From the NCBI RefSeq assembly GCF_001194135.2, contig NC_068983.1:29913511-29977510 (forward strand): a stretch of DNA of 64,000 bases, read 5' to 3'. Origin of the DNA: Octopus bimaculoides (Eukaryota). The position numbers and the translations under genes are program-made. The notes beneath the pieces are model-generated. The model had not been told where the DNA came from and searched no databases. It saw only the letters and a list, made by a program, of their open reading frames with translations. Positions 63,381-64,000 of this stretch are shown piece by piece. Numbering within the stretch: position 1 is the first letter of the stretch; the number at the start of each line of letters is the position of its first letter.

Positions 63381-64000
63381 GTATGTTAAATATCGCCATG
63401 TGGTACCTAAACCAAGTGAATATATGGAAGATTGTTAACATTATTTTTATGTTTGAACGATTATTGTTAATCTGTTTAATTTCCTGAGAAGTTATTAAAA
63501 CCTCAGTTTAGGTTACATATAATTTCTAAGGGGAAATGTTTATAGTATAAATAAGAGTTATAAAACAATTGCGCAGAAAGTAGCAGCGTGTAGTATTTTT
63601 AAAGTAGCAGTAATTTTAGTCGTAAAGTTAGAATGCTTCACTGTTGACATATATGTTGAACAGACGTGTAATTAATTTTTTGGTGAGGAAGCTAACATTT
63701 GTATTCATTTGCATGCACTTTGTTTTATTATACGAGATAATTTTTTTAAATACTCTATTTCGATAAAGTACTGCATCATTTAGAAACCGTACCCTACTAT
63801 GTATTGCAAAGTTTATTTTCAGCTTGTTTGTTGGCACCTTAAAGCTTTGTCATTATTGTGTCAGAAACATGGGGTGGTTGTCAATTTCCTGTTTCCGAAA
63901 ATCTGAATCGGTTCCATTGGAAATTAATTTGGTTTTATCCCAAACTTATTGCATGCACATAAGTAACCTCCTCTTATTGTAGAATCTGTTTTAGTTAAAA

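Overview
AT-rich, repeat-dense animal genomic DNA with five N-gaps, four of them next to microsatellites. From the SINE and LINE families and the base composition I infer a coleoid cephalopod, probably Octopus; this is not database-confirmed. The main gene is a 21-exon ATP-dependent 6-phosphofructokinase (Pfk) on the + strand, ATG 1872 to TAG 34646. All introns are GT-AG and phase-consistent, giving a 2448-nt CDS and 815 aa. The rest is mostly tRNA-derived SINEs, a (GAT)n-tailed retroposon family, decayed RTE and CR1/L2 LINEs, a Gypsy pol relic, a mariner relic, MITEs and microsatellites. Main candidate observations: (1) a distal alternative terminal exon 17 kb downstream (51546-51608) that would swap the acidic tail VEDEDNI for NLANEEDDNPKSFRQRFSFA, which carries a basophilic kinase motif; (2) the fructose-2,6-bisphosphate-binding Arg (human PFKM R471) is genomically Lys via a split AA|A codon, one of seven A-for-G differences in exons 13-15 that A-to-I editing could revert; (3) an N-terminal R-N-D-S-V motif resembling the Ascaris PFK activating phosphosite; (4) inverted repeat copies flanking exons 9-11; (5) a probable divergent promoter at the left edge and the probable start of another + strand gene at the right edge. 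Homology comparisons are from recalled sequences and need checking.
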